From the NCBI GenBank assembly GCA_963817955.1, contig CAWFQK010000002.1, positions 960,001-1,024,000 of the forward strand: a stretch of DNA of 64,000 nt, given 5' to 3'. The position numbers and the translations under genes were made by a program. The stretch is from an uncultured Gemmatimonadaceae bacterium. GTDB taxonomy: Bacteria; Gemmatimonadota; Gemmatimonadetes; Gemmatimonadales; Gemmatimonadaceae. Under the pieces are notes generated by a model. The model saw nothing but the letters and a program-made list of their open reading frames with translations, did not search any database and had not been told where the DNA came from. This document shows, piece by piece, positions 1-10,618 of this stretch (the first letter of the stretch is position 1; each line of letters starts with the position of its first letter).

Positions 1-48
1 GCCGCGTCCAGTGGAGGACCGGTGCGGCCGGTGCCGGTGGTCACGCGA

Positions 49-954
49 TCAGCCTCGCGCCGGCACGAGCAGATGCACGGCTAGCGGATCGACCACGACG
101 GTGAACGGCGTCGTGCCCATCAACTCTCCATCCGCCTGCCACGGCATTGGGGGGGTCGTCTCGACGTGCAAGCCCCTGCCCCGCGCGTACAGCATGCACG
201 GATCTGACTGAAAATCGTGCCGGAGCATACGCCACATGATGCGGATTGCGTCCCGCAGCGTGTGAGGCGAAAAGATACAGGCGTCGAGCAATCCATCATC
301 CGTGCGAATCTCCGGTCCCAGCGTGATTCGGTTGCCCAGCACGGCGCCGAAATTGGCGATCATCACCGCCGCGGCTTGCCGCTCGTATACAGTTCCATCG
401 ATCGTCACGCGTGCTCGGAAGAATTCACGACGGAGCACCGAGCGGATAGCGGCCCGGCTGCCCATGATCGTGTACGCCAGCACACCTAATCGACGCTTGA
501 GCCAGCCTGGCGTTTCTGCGACCATGGCCGCGTCGATACCGACGCCGGCGGCGATCGCAAAGCGCTTCCCCGACTCGAACCGGCCGAGGTCGGCGATGAG
601 GCGATCGCCATCGAGCAGTGCGGGTACCGCTCTGGCTATGGAAAAGGGAATGCCCAGGGCGCGCGCCAGCAGATTGCCCGTCCCCCCGGCAAGCACGCCG
701 ACGGGCGTATTGGTGGATGCCAGGGCGCCGGCAACCTCCATGACGGTTCCGTCGCCGCCAAGCACAAACACCGCATCGTATTGCGGTGCGTGATGCACGG
801 CGATCTCGGTTGCGTGGCCAGGCCGTTCGGTGAGGATGAGATCACAAGTCACTGCACGGCGTTCGAACGCACGACAGGCGTGCGCAGTGAGACGCCGTCC
901 GTGACGCGCCGCGGGGTTGGCGATCAGGAGCACCCGCTGGATCAGAAGTGCCAA
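49..954 (-). CDS. Diacylglycerol/lipid kinase family protein (YegS/DAGK-like)
   Basis: Motifs IANPAA, LGGDGT, GTGNLLARALG, WQADGE; overlaps the end of TamB; exact start uncertain (TTG). Confidence 0.88.
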   Translation of the reverse strand: MALLIQRVLLIANPAARHGRRLTAHACRAFERRAVTCDLILTERPGHATEIAVHHAPQYDAVFVLGGDGTVMEVAGALASTNTPVGVLAGGTGNLLARALGIPFSIARAVPALLDGDRLIADLGRFESGKRFAIAAGVGIDAAMVAETPGWLKRRLGVLAYTIMGSRAAIRSVLRREFFRARVTIDGTVYERQAAAVMIANFGAVLGNRITLGPEIRTDDGLLDACIFSPHTLRDAIRIMWRMLRHDFQSDPCMLYARGRGLHVETTPPMPWQADGELMGTTPFTVVVDPLAVHLLVPARG

Positions 955-3900
955 GTATGCGATAGCGAAAAGCTGAACTGCGACGGCGTATTCACGAGCC
1001 CTACCACGCTTTGCTGCTGTGAGCAGGTCCGATTCGCCGTCGGCGGATCGTATGCGACCTGCACCGACAACGTCGGATCGAACCGATACTCAGCCTTCGC
1101 GCCCAACCCCGTCAGCAAGTTCAGGCGCCCGCCGTTGAAGTCCGAATTGAACTGGCACAATCCGGTGTTGACGTTCAGGTAGACATTGTTGCCGAACTGT
1201 CTCTCCGCACCAATGGTGGCGCCATAGAGGTATTGCCGGAGGTTCTGGGCCGAGAAGAAGCCGCCGCTCGATGCATCCGACGCGCTACTCCCCGTCCCGA
1301 GTTCAAAGCGGAAGACGTCGAACACCGAGCCGAAGCTCTGGCGCAGGCGATCAGCGGCCATGGCGCTGATCGTCGGCGCGAGGAGCGATGCCACCTGGGC
1401 GACGGCGCCGCTCGACCCGAAGTCTAAGCCAGGCCGGCCGGTGAGCAGATAGCTGAGCAGGTCTGAAGTCGAGATGTCGTAATCGGCCGTGCTCTTGAAG
1501 TCGATCACCGGGTAGGGGAGCAGCCGACCATTGAGGTTCACGATCACGCCGATGTCGCGATCGCGATACAGCTTCACGTTGTACAGGGCCTTGATGTCGA
1601 GCGTCGGGTTGTCCGCCGACGTTCCATCGAAGGTGACCGTTCCATTCGGCTGTACCTGAAACTCGCGTTGGACGGGGCCGAGGTTCAGTTTGTAGGTGCC
1701 ACTGACAGTGGTGAGTGTGCCCTCGAGAGCGAGTCCAGGTACCAGTTTGCCACTCGACGCAACGGTGCGACTCGAACTTGCCGTGGAGGTGACGAGGCGC
1801 AGATCGCCACCTAGCTTGACGTTGGCCTCGGTGGAGCGGAGCCGCACGTCGTTGCCCAGGACAACGGTGACGTTCGGAACCTGCAAGTTCGTCATGATGG
1901 TCGACACGAGCGTCGAGCCACCAAGATTGAGCCCGCGCGCGACGTTGTCGGTCACGATCTCGACCGGTTGCTTTCGTGCGAGCTCCCGATCGGCGAGGTA
2001 GATCGCGCCCTGATCGACACGCAGGGCGCCGGTCAACGTCGGCGTGGTAACCGAGCCGCGCAGCTCGAGGCTGCTGGTCGTCGTGAGATACAGATCGGCA
2101 AGTGAGCGTCGATTGAAGGCATGGAAGTTCGACGCATCGATGGCCAACGAAAATGTCGGATTCTCCTGAGTCAGGTTCTTTGCCCATCCCTTGACCGCGA
2201 CGGAGCCAGGGATCTTCCCGACATTGGCCGCCCGCAGATCGACACTCACGCTATCCTGGCGCGCGGCGTTCATGCCACCGCTGATACCGCCGGTGATGGC
2301 AGTCAGCGTCACATTCAATGGCGGCACGAATGCGGTCCCATTACTGATCGTCACGTCACCCATGAAGACCGGCTTTCCCGGCGTACCGCTGGCGACGACG
2401 TGCGCGTCAAGCCGGCCAGTCAGCTTGGTTCCTGAAGGAAACAATGTTTGCACGAGAGCCATATCCGTCGTGTCGGCACGCACGAATCCACTGAGCGAGT
2501 CATCGCGCCAGGTGGTGCCGAACAGCGTCATGTTCAGTGGCAACGACGCGCCGGCAACGAACGCCGATCGGCCATCGCGCACAACGTCCATGTCGGCCAC
2601 CAATCGCGCGTCGCGGTACTGCGCGTTCGCCGAGACACGATCGATCGACACCCCCTTCCATTTGACGCCGGTCAGGAGACCCGTCGCCGAGAGCCGTGGG
2701 CTGAGGCGTGTGCCGCTGACTGATACATCGACGTCGCCGACACCGGTCAGCGTGTCGGTTACCTGCGCGAGCGCGCCGAAATCGCGCAACGGAACACGCG
2801 TTGCGCGGACTCGCGCGCGCACCGTTCCGGTGTCTGGGATGTCGCCGGTCAAGGCAATCACCGATGAGTCGGCGTTGCGAAACACGAGAGAATCGAGCCG
2901 GCGTCCCACGCTGTCGATCGTGAGGCGCGCCGGTGACGCGAGGCCCCAGTGCGCATCAGCGGTCGTGAACCCGAGTGAGTCGATCAGCACCGACTGCGCG
3001 CCAGCCGATGCACTCCACCGGCCAGTGGTCGATGCCGTGGGGCCACTGTGGCTCAATGCACTGGCGCTGAACCGCGCATGCGTCGCGTCGTCGATGCGCA
3101 GGTTGCCGCCAATGTTGTCCAGTGCCACGCCCATGAGTGTGACATTGTCGAGTCGCCCCGCGACCGCGCCCGAGGGCGCACGCAACACGTCGCGCAGATC
3201 GAACGTCAGGTTGAGCGTGTCGCCGCGATCCTTGTTGATGTAGAGGCTGCTGGCGTCCAACCGACCGACAACGTTGAGCGAATCGAATGTCCCGCTGACG
3301 ACGCCACTGAGCCTCGCCGTGCCCGACAGGGAATCGGGGAGCGTGGCCGCCGCACCGCGCATGCTCGTATCCGGATGCGACAGGTACCGGCGCAGCCCCC
3401 CGAGCGAATCGAGGCTGACGGTGAAACGCAGCGAATCGGTGCGCCCCTTCGGCAAGCCGACACCGCCTCGCTCCATCGTGAGCGTCGCCGCGGCGGTATG
3501 GATACGCAGCGAATCCACCAGAACGCGTCCGTCATCAAAGCGCAACCGAGCATACGATGGATAGACGCGCACGCTGTCGAACACCGTCCGCTCGAGATCC
3601 AGATTGGCGCCGCCGTGGAGCGCCGCCACGGTCTCGCCGGCGACGTCGATGTCGTAGTGTCCACTCAGCGGACCTGCCGGAATCGACGCACGCGCCAAGA
3701 CGCTCGCGAGATCGAGACTGCTGAACTGTCCGCCACCGTGCGCGCCGTATCCGCCAATCGAATCGAGATCCACGCGTCCGTCGAAGCTGAACGCCCCCGG
3801 CGGCCCCTGCAGCGACGTCGACAACTGGAGGTCGGGCGCCGTGCCGCGCGCGCGAACGGGTCCATTCATCAAACCATGGAGCTGAGAGAACGAGGGCAGC

Positions 3901-5531
3901 GAGCGACCGACCATGGCGAGATTGACTGGTTCCGCATCGAGCGCCACGTCGTAGATCATCAGAGCTCCGCCGTCCGTGATCCGTCCACTGCCACTGAACC
4001 GTGACGGATCGCCTGGCCCATCCTGGTGCGTGACGTTCGCATTGGAGAAGCGCACGTCGAGCCACGACGAATCCAGTGTCGCCGTACCCGCGACAAAGCC
4101 ACCGAGCCGTGGAAAGTTGGGAAAGAGATACTCGATCGTGCGTAGATCGAGTGATTGCGCGTTGACGTGGAAGTCGTGAAAGGCGGTGAACGCCGGGTTG
4201 AGGATGTCGAGCTCACCTTTGCCGCTGAACCGCGAGGTTGCGCCGCGTACATGCGCATCGACGAAAGCCCCGCGAGCGTCGTCGACGACGAAGTGCGTGA
4301 GCGGTCCACCGGGCCCTCTGGCCGTTCCAATGATCTGCCCCTGCCAATCCTCGGGGAACGGCTTGCCGTTCAGCGTGCGAATCAGGTCGAAGTCCAGTGG
4401 ATCGGCCCGCAGGTCCACGTTACGGACGAGCAGCACGGGTTGGCCCGTACCGAAAGTCATGTCGCCCGTCACATGGGATTTCGTGCTGCGCACGTCCATC
4501 TTGGCGAGCTTGAAGTCGATGACCTGCAGGTTTTTTGGATCGTTCTTGATGAGCAGGTCGAGCGTGCCACCTCCGGTGCGCGGCAGTCTGGGGTACACCC
4601 AATTCACGTCATCCAGCGATACGCTGTCGCCGCGAATGGCGACGTCGTAACGCATGGGCAGATCGCTTCCCCACCACACCTTGCCGTGACCATGTCCCGT
4701 GGACGCCGGCATGTCGAAGTGCGACACGTCGAATGTGACGGAATCGCCAAGATGACGAACGTCCGCGGTCAGATTGAGGAACTTGAAAGTTGGCTGGTAC
4801 TCGTCCACCGACAACGTGGCGACACGGAAGGACTGGCCGAATCTGTTACTGTCTGGATCGGCGAGCCGCGCATGACTGATCAATCCACGGCCATTCGTCC
4901 ACGCGTACGTGCGGCCGAAACCGTCCGATGTCCGTGAAACCGCCCGTTCCGGATGCGTCAGATGGAAGCGAATCACGCTGTCGCGCACCGTACCATGCAG
5001 CGCCGAATCAGGATGCCAGGGCAGCGTGAGCAGGAAGGTCGTGTTCCGCGCGGACGTGGAATCGACGACGACGTAATCGCCGAAACTCCGCGTATTGAGC
5101 TCCTTCGGCAGTTTCGGCTGCACGACGTCCGACGCGAAGATTTCCCTGAAGTTCCAATTCCCGTTCTCACGCTGAATCAGGTGGACATACGGATGCTCCA
5201 CCTGGGCACTGTGTACGTAGATGCGATCGTCGATCAGGTCCCGGGGATTGTACGACAGCGTGACGTGTCCGGTGCTGATGAACAGCTCGCCGTACTTGTC
5301 GCGAATGGCGATCGTGTCGATCGTCAGCCCGGAGATGAAGTTGCCACCGAGCTTGCCGATGTAGATCGAGCCGCCTTTGATCTTGCTCGAGACAAATGGC
5401 AGGATGATGCGACGCAACTGCTCGCGCCCCATGTCCGTGTTCGTCACGAAGAAGACCGCGGCGATGGCCACGAGTCCCAGCGTGAAGAGCACGGCGGCGC
5501 TGACGAGCGCCACGAGGCGGCGGCGTTTCAT
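942..5531 (-). CDS. tamB: Translocation and assembly module TamB-like protein
   Basis: 1529 aa, N-terminal membrane anchor, beta-rich body, C-terminal GTVTFDG..DNPTLDIKA segment, ends in aromatic WHF; directly downstream of an Omp85 gene. Confidence 0.82.
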   Translation of the reverse strand: MKRRRLVALVSAAVLFTLGLVAIAAVFFVTNTDMGREQLRRIILPFVSSKIKGGSIYIGKLGGNFISGLTIDTIAIRDKYGELFISTGHVTLSYNPRDLIDDRIYVHSAQVEHPYVHLIQRENGNWNFREIFASDVVQPKLPKELNTRSFGDYVVVDSTSARNTTFLLTLPWHPDSALHGTVRDSVIRFHLTHPERAVSRTSDGFGRTYAWTNGRGLISHARLADPDSNRFGQSFRVATLSVDEYQPTFKFLNLTADVRHLGDSVTFDVSHFDMPASTGHGHGKVWWGSDLPMRYDVAIRGDSVSLDDVNWVYPRLPRTGGGTLDLLIKNDPKNLQVIDFKLAKMDVRSTKSHVTGDMTFGTGQPVLLVRNVDLRADPLDFDLIRTLNGKPFPEDWQGQIIGTARGPGGPLTHFVVDDARGAFVDAHVRGATSRFSGKGELDILNPAFTAFHDFHVNAQSLDLRTIEYLFPNFPRLGGFVAGTATLDSSWLDVRFSNANVTHQDGPGDPSRFSGSGRITDGGALMIYDVALDAEPVNLAMVGRSLPSFSQLHGLMNGPVRARGTAPDLQLSTSLQGPPGAFSFDGRVDLDSIGGYGAHGGGQFSSLDLASVLARASIPAGPLSGHYDIDVAGETVAALHGGANLDLERTVFDSVRVYPSYARLRFDDGRVLVDSLRIHTAAATLTMERGGVGLPKGRTDSLRFTVSLDSLGGLRRYLSHPDTSMRGAAATLPDSLSGTARLSGVVSGTFDSLNVVGRLDASSLYINKDRGDTLNLTFDLRDVLRAPSGAVAGRLDNVTLMGVALDNIGGNLRIDDATHARFSASALSHSGPTASTTGRWSASAGAQSVLIDSLGFTTADAHWGLASPARLTIDSVGRRLDSLVFRNADSSVIALTGDIPDTGTVRARVRATRVPLRDFGALAQVTDTLTGVGDVDVSVSGTRLSPRLSATGLLTGVKWKGVSIDRVSANAQYRDARLVADMDVVRDGRSAFVAGASLPLNMTLFGTTWRDDSLSGFVRADTTDMALVQTLFPSGTKLTGRLDAHVVASGTPGKPVFMGDVTISNGTAFVPPLNVTLTAITGGISGGMNAARQDSVSVDLRAANVGKIPGSVAVKGWAKNLTQENPTFSLAIDASNFHAFNRRSLADLYLTTTSSLELRGSVTTPTLTGALRVDQGAIYLADRELARKQPVEIVTDNVARGLNLGGSTLVSTIMTNLQVPNVTVVLGNDVRLRSTEANVKLGGDLRLVTSTASSSRTVASSGKLVPGLALEGTLTTVSGTYKLNLGPVQREFQVQPNGTVTFDGTSADNPTLDIKALYNVKLYRDRDIGVIVNLNGRLLPYPVIDFKSTADYDISTSDLLSYLLTGRPGLDFGSSGAVAQVASLLAPTISAMAADRLRQSFGSVFDVFRFELGTGSSASDASSGGFFSAQNLRQYLYGATIGAERQFGNNVYLNVNTGLCQFNSDFNGGRLNLLTGLGAKAEYRFDPTLSVQVAYDPPTANRTCSQQQSVVGLVNTPSQFSFSLSHTWHF

Positions 5532-5533
5532 GC

Positions 5534-7825
5534 TTAGAAGTCAGTGCCGATCGACAGTGTGAGCGCGAATCGCTTGAAGAAGTTCGACGATTGGAAGGGC
5601 GCGAAGCTAGCGGGACATGCGGCGAGGTTCTGGTCGAGCTGACCGTTCGCCAGCCGATGGATGGGAACGAGAGCGGCCCCCGGACCGGTGACGCAGATGA
5701 GCGGCGCGCGATTGGTAGTCAGATCCACGGGTACAGCGTAGTACCCCTTCCCCAGCTGCGCCGGGTACGGGTTATACCCCGCATTCACCTGAATGGGCCC
5801 GATAGGCGAGAAGACGCGCAGCCCGAGACCTGGCGTCACGCGCAGCTTCGTCAATCCAAGATTCTGCTGCCCGTCGGCGCGCGTCCACACCTCACCGCCG
5901 TCGACGAACGGTACGTATTCGATGAGCTCGGGAAAGAACGGATCCCGCATGCGGAGCTCGGCATTGAACACGAACAGCGAGTTCCCGCCGACGGGAATTG
6001 TGCGCTGAGCGCGCGTACCGGGCTTTGTGACGTACGCGAAATCTCCACCCGGCAGCGAAACCGTATCCAACGATGACGGATCGATGAGATACACCAGAGA
6101 CCCGAGCTCGTTCTGCTGAAAGCCGCGCACGCTCGTTGCGCCGCCGGCGTACAACCGCTCCTGCGGCGGCGGGAGCTTCGCGCCACCCGCGTCGCTTCCT
6201 CCGACAATGAATCCCCCGCGCAGACGTGCGGCGAACACCATGCGCGACCGGAGCTGATGGTAGACGGAACCGTCGGCCGTCGTCTTGAAGAAGCTCAGCG
6301 ACGGGTCCGACAGAATGAATGGCGCCCCGCCGCGCGTTTCGGCGCCGATGATGTAGCCGCTCGTGGGCACTACCGCATTGTCGGTGCGAACGCGTTGAAT
6401 GCTCGCGCTCGCCACGGCAAAACGCAGTTTACGCTGCACATCAGCCATATCCGCTTGGTTGCAGCGAAGGAACACCGCGCACAGCACAGCAGGCTGCGCG
6501 GCGGTCTGCCCGTACTCCATGGTATAGCCGGCTCGGAACGGAATTCCGAGGCCCAGGCTCCTTGTCGCCGAGGCTTCGCCGCCGAGGTACGTGGTGCGCA
6601 GGTAAGCCTTGTATTCACCGCGGCGTTCCGTGTACGCCGAGTACGCTGGTACCCAATGCGTACCGAATAGTGTGGGGGCACGTACCGTTGCGCCGGCGTA
6701 GTAATTGAGCTGCGAGCTGGCAAGGCTGTCCGCTTCCAGATACGGCCGATAGCAGAGGTTCCTTGCCGCCGACCAGTTCGTCGGTGCTCCAAAACCGATC
6801 TTCGACAGACGCCCCGTCAGCTCCACGCGCCGCGCCGTGTTGAACGCGTTCTTGTCGGTGTATAGGGCGTTCACACGGAAGCAGTCGAGGGTTCCCCACC
6901 CTCCTTCGAGATCGACCTGCCGCAAGTAATCTTCGCGCAGATCGAGGGCGACATCGGCGGTCTGCGGGCCGTGCTGCCACGTCGTGTCCACCGCGATGCC
7001 CACGTGTCGATAGGCACCGAGGTTGTAGAGGTTGCGCTGCGCCTCGACCAGCGCGCGATCGCTGTACGTGTCTCCGGTTCTGAACCCGAGCAGACGGAGC
7101 ACCGTCGCACTGTCGATCTCGCCCTTTCCATTGTCCTCGCGCTCGCTGGCAATGGCGATCTCTCCAAAGCGCGCGCGTGGGCCGGTGTTCACCAGCAGTT
7201 CCACGCTGGCACGATGCTCGGGCTTATTCAGCGAATACGACGGCAGGATCATGACCCGCGGGTATCCGGCGTTGCGCAGCCGCGCGGTGATCGAGTCGAT
7301 GTCAGTGTACATGGGAACGCGACCGAACCGGCCGCCCACCCGCAATTGCAGATTCTTCAGGAGGTCGTCGCGGTGCGCCACCGAATCAAGCCCAAGGATC
7401 GACAGCGTGTCGAGCCGAATCGGTTCCCCCTCGTTGATGCGAAAAGTGACGTCTACGGCGTTCACCCCATCAGGCTTTATCATCGGCTCGATACGCGTAT
7501 CGTAGAAGCCGTTGTTCTCGTAGAACTGCATGAGCGCCGCCGAATCGGGGCCGAGGCCGACATCCGGAAAGCACCGGCGCGTCCCGACATTGAAGAACCA
7601 GCCAAACCAGCGATGCCATAACGACGATGGCGTCGTGGGCACACGCGCCGAGAGCTCCTCGGCGCTATAAGCCTGATTGCCGTTGAAGCGCACGGTCCGC
7701 ACTTCACGACGACTCTGATCGCAGTCCGCTTCCTGCGCGTGGACGGTGGCGACCCCGACACCGGCGTGCAGCGCGGCCGCGAGGACGATTGCACGTACGA
7801 CGATGCGCACGAGCGGTAGGCGCAT
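5534..7825 (-). CDS. Omp85 family outer-membrane protein (TamA/BamA-like) with POTRA domains
   Basis: Signal peptide, POTRA-like N-terminus, YAGGATSVRGF loop motif, GLRVFSPIGPIQ, terminal Phe; ATG at 7825 chosen over TTG at 7846. Confidence 0.88.
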   Translation of the reverse strand: MRLPLVRIVVRAIVLAAALHAGVGVATVHAQEADCDQSRREVRTVRFNGNQAYSAEELSARVPTTPSSLWHRWFGWFFNVGTRRCFPDVGLGPDSAALMQFYENNGFYDTRIEPMIKPDGVNAVDVTFRINEGEPIRLDTLSILGLDSVAHRDDLLKNLQLRVGGRFGRVPMYTDIDSITARLRNAGYPRVMILPSYSLNKPEHRASVELLVNTGPRARFGEIAIASEREDNGKGEIDSATVLRLLGFRTGDTYSDRALVEAQRNLYNLGAYRHVGIAVDTTWQHGPQTADVALDLREDYLRQVDLEGGWGTLDCFRVNALYTDKNAFNTARRVELTGRLSKIGFGAPTNWSAARNLCYRPYLEADSLASSQLNYYAGATVRAPTLFGTHWVPAYSAYTERRGEYKAYLRTTYLGGEASATRSLGLGIPFRAGYTMEYGQTAAQPAVLCAVFLRCNQADMADVQRKLRFAVASASIQRVRTDNAVVPTSGYIIGAETRGGAPFILSDPSLSFFKTTADGSVYHQLRSRMVFAARLRGGFIVGGSDAGGAKLPPPQERLYAGGATSVRGFQQNELGSLVYLIDPSSLDTVSLPGGDFAYVTKPGTRAQRTIPVGGNSLFVFNAELRMRDPFFPELIEYVPFVDGGEVWTRADGQQNLGLTKLRVTPGLGLRVFSPIGPIQVNAGYNPYPAQLGKGYYAVPVDLTTNRAPLICVTGPGAALVPIHRLANGQLDQNLAACPASFAPFQSSNFFKRFALTLSIGTDF

Positions 7826-8062
7826 CAACTCTCGATGCCTCGCCAATGGCGCCGCTCGCGCCGCTTCACGGCACGTCGGTAACAGAGCCGCAGACCCGCA
7901 GACTCATCGTGCGGATCGCTCTTTGCAAGCATGGCAACCTCGTGACTCCAAGCCACCCGTGGCCCGGAAAGCGCTGATCATTTGCACCGGCCGACGCATT
8001 CTCACCCGGCGGTGTCGACATACAATGCGCCCACGCGGGACAACTCCGGCGGGCGCTTCTGA

Positions 8063-8092
8063 TTGACGCTAGACGGCGTGATCGGGTAAGTT
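8063..8092 (+). promoter_or_regulatory. Possible sigma-70 promoter for the ABC operon
   Basis: TTGACG-N18-TAAGTT, 23 bp upstream of ATG 8116. Confidence 0.35.
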
Positions 8093-8115
8093 CTCGCGGC
8101 ACTTTATCAGTGTCA

Positions 8116-9693
8116 ATGGAAAGTAAAGCCATACCCCCGCTTATCGCTGTTTTTGCCGCGCTCGCCCTGGCCGCCTGCGGCTCCCCGGGGGCACCGTCCC
8201 GGCATGAGCTGATCGACTCGCGCGACCAATACGATCCACGGTCCCTGGATCCGGCGCTATCCACCGACGTGCCGACGGGTCGGGCTGTGGGCTATGTCTT
8301 CGATGGCCTCACGCGCTTCGACCCATCGGCCAAGGTCGAGCCGTCGTTGGCCGAGCGGTGGAACGTCACGCCCGACGGCCTCGTGTACACCTTTCACCTG
8401 CGCCGCGGCGTCACCTTTCATGACGGAGCAGTATTTACCGCTCGGAACGTCGCGAGCAGTTGGGAGCGGGCGCTCGATCCGACCACGAAGAGCGGCGCGG
8501 CGCAGTTTCTCTTCCCCATCAAAGGGGCTCGCGAATTCAACGCTGGAACGGCGAAGAGTGTTTCTGGCATCGTCGTGCGCGATGACAGCACGCTGGTCGT
8601 CACGCTCGCCGAGCCGTTGGCGATCTTCACGAAGATGCTCGCGATGCCGGTCGCCGCGGTCGTACCCGAGCACGTACCGGCGGACTTCGGTGAGCATCCC
8701 ATCGGCACGGGTCCCTGGAAGCTCGTGGAATGGAAGCACGACGACTACCTGCTGTTCGCGCGCAATCCATCGTACTTTGGTGGCGCGGCCAAGACGGACA
8801 CGCTCCGCGCACGCATCATCGCCGAGCCGAGCACCGCTGTCGCCGAATTCGAGAGCGGCAATGTCGACGTGCTGCAGATTCCCGCGGCCGAAGCAGCGGA
8901 TTGGGAGGAAGACGAAAGTCGCAGGCCACTGCTCATGTCCACGCCGGCGCTCGAGCTCGTCTACATCGGAATCAACACCACGCGGGGCCCGCTCGCCGAC
9001 GTCCGCGTGCGGCAGGCAATCAACTATGCGATCGATGTGAATCGCATCATCGAGCGATTGATCGGCGGACGCGGCACCCGCGCGGCCGGCGTCATTCCGC
9101 CGGCCCTCGCCGGGTACGACAGCGCGCGAAAGCCATATCCGTACGACACGCTCAAGGCGAGACAGCTCCTTGCCGCTGCCGGCCACCCGAACGGGATCGA
9201 CGTCGAGCTCTGGGCCCCGGCCGATCCGGTGTACCTGCGCATTGCCGAGACGGTTCAGGCCTACCTGAACAACGTCGGCATTCGGACGAAGATCGTTCAG
9301 CGCGAACCGGCCGCGTCACGCGCCGCCGCCCGCAAAGGCGAAACGGACATGATTCTCAAGGACTGGTACGCGGACTATCCGGATGCCGAGGACTTTCTCT
9401 ATCCACTGCTGCACAGTACGAACAAGGGCGCCGGTGGGAACGTATCCTTCTACGCCAATCCGGTGTTCGACAGTATCGTCACGACGGCACGCCACGAGCT
9501 CGACGAGTCGAAGCGCAATCAGCTGTACCGCGAGGCAGACTCGGTGGCATTCAAAGACGCGCCCATGGTGTTCCTGTACTTCTATGACGAGCTGTATGCC
9601 GTTCAGCCCTGGGTGAAGCACTTCGTACCACCCGTGATCTTCAACGGGCAGCGCTGGCTCAACGTGACGATCGACACCAGCAAGAAGAAATGA
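8116..9693 (+). CDS. Peptide/nickel ABC transporter substrate-binding lipoprotein (family 5)
   Basis: Lipobox LAAC; SLDPA, YTFHLRRGVTFHDG, PIGTGPWK and VRQAINYAID motifs. Confidence 0.93.
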   Translation: MESKAIPPLIAVFAALALAACGSPGAPSRHELIDSRDQYDPRSLDPALSTDVPTGRAVGYVFDGLTRFDPSAKVEPSLAERWNVTPDGLVYTFHLRRGVTFHDGAVFTARNVASSWERALDPTTKSGAAQFLFPIKGAREFNAGTAKSVSGIVVRDDSTLVVTLAEPLAIFTKMLAMPVAAVVPEHVPADFGEHPIGTGPWKLVEWKHDDYLLFARNPSYFGGAAKTDTLRARIIAEPSTAVAEFESGNVDVLQIPAAEAADWEEDESRRPLLMSTPALELVYIGINTTRGPLADVRVRQAINYAIDVNRIIERLIGGRGTRAAGVIPPALAGYDSARKPYPYDTLKARQLLAAAGHPNGIDVELWAPADPVYLRIAETVQAYLNNVGIRTKIVQREPAASRAAARKGETDMILKDWYADYPDAEDFLYPLLHSTNKGAGGNVSFYANPVFDSIVTTARHELDESKRNQLYREADSVAFKDAPMVFLYFYDELYAVQPWVKHFVPPVIFNGQRWLNVTIDTSKKK

Positions 9694-10610
9694 CGACGTT
9701 CATTCTACGCCGCATACTACTCTCCATCCCCACGCTGTTCGGCGTGCTCGTCGTGGCGTTCCTGCTGCTCTATGTTGCACCGGGCGATCCGGTCGAAGCA
9801 ATGATTGGCGAACGCGCCGACAGCGCGACGATCGCACGCCTCCGCACACAGCTTCACCTCGACGATCCGCTGCCCGTTCGGTTTGGCCACTACGTGGGCA
9901 GCGTCCTTACCGGTGATCTCGGGCGCTCCTACATCACGAACCGGCCGATCGCACAGGACATTCGCGAGCGGTTCCCAAAGACGCTGCAACTCGCCGGCTC
10001 GGCAATGGTCCTGGCAACGATCGTGGGCATCACCCTCGGCGTGCTGAGTGCGCGTCACCCCGGGGGTGTTGCGGACCGCCTCGCGCTGGGCATCGCCTAT
10101 CTCGGGATTTCGTTCCCCGTCTACTGGGTTGGACTGCTCCTGATCCTGTTGTTCGCCGTTACGCTGCGCGCGCTCCCGCCTTCCGGCTACGGCAGCCTGC
10201 GTTTCCTCGCGTTGCCGGCGCTCACGCTCGGCATGCGCTCAATCGCCTTCCTCGCCCGCATGACGCGATCGGCCATGCTCGAGGCCCTGAGCGCCGATTT
10301 CGTGCGCACGGCGCGCGCGAAGGGGTTGAGCGAGTGGCTCGTCACATTCAGGCACGCCCTGCGCAACGCACTCATTCCGGTGATCACCGTTCTTGGTCTC
10401 GACTTCGGCGCGTACCTCACCGGGAGCATTCTCACCGAGACGATCTTTTCCTGGCCCGGCATTGGTCGCTACGTGGTCAATGCGATCTCACGCCGCGATC
10501 TCCCCGCCATCCAGGGGGCAGTGCTGTTCCTCAGCACCGTGTTCGTGCTGGTCAACCTGATTACCGATCTGGCGTATGCGAAGGCCGATCCGCGGGTCAG
10601 GTACGATTGA
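9690..10610 (+). CDS. Peptide ABC transporter permease (DppB/OppB-like)
   Basis: APGDPV, GDLGRSY, EAA-like ARAKGLS..HALRNALIP, ETIFSWPGIG; ATGA overlap with the upstream gene. Confidence 0.93.
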   Translation: MTTFILRRILLSIPTLFGVLVVAFLLLYVAPGDPVEAMIGERADSATIARLRTQLHLDDPLPVRFGHYVGSVLTGDLGRSYITNRPIAQDIRERFPKTLQLAGSAMVLATIVGITLGVLSARHPGGVADRLALGIAYLGISFPVYWVGLLLILLFAVTLRALPPSGYGSLRFLALPALTLGMRSIAFLARMTRSAMLEALSADFVRTARAKGLSEWLVTFRHALRNALIPVITVLGLDFGAYLTGSILTETIFSWPGIGRYVVNAISRRDLPAIQGAVLFLSTVFVLVNLITDLAYAKADPRVRYD

Positions 10611-10618
10611 CGGGGTGT

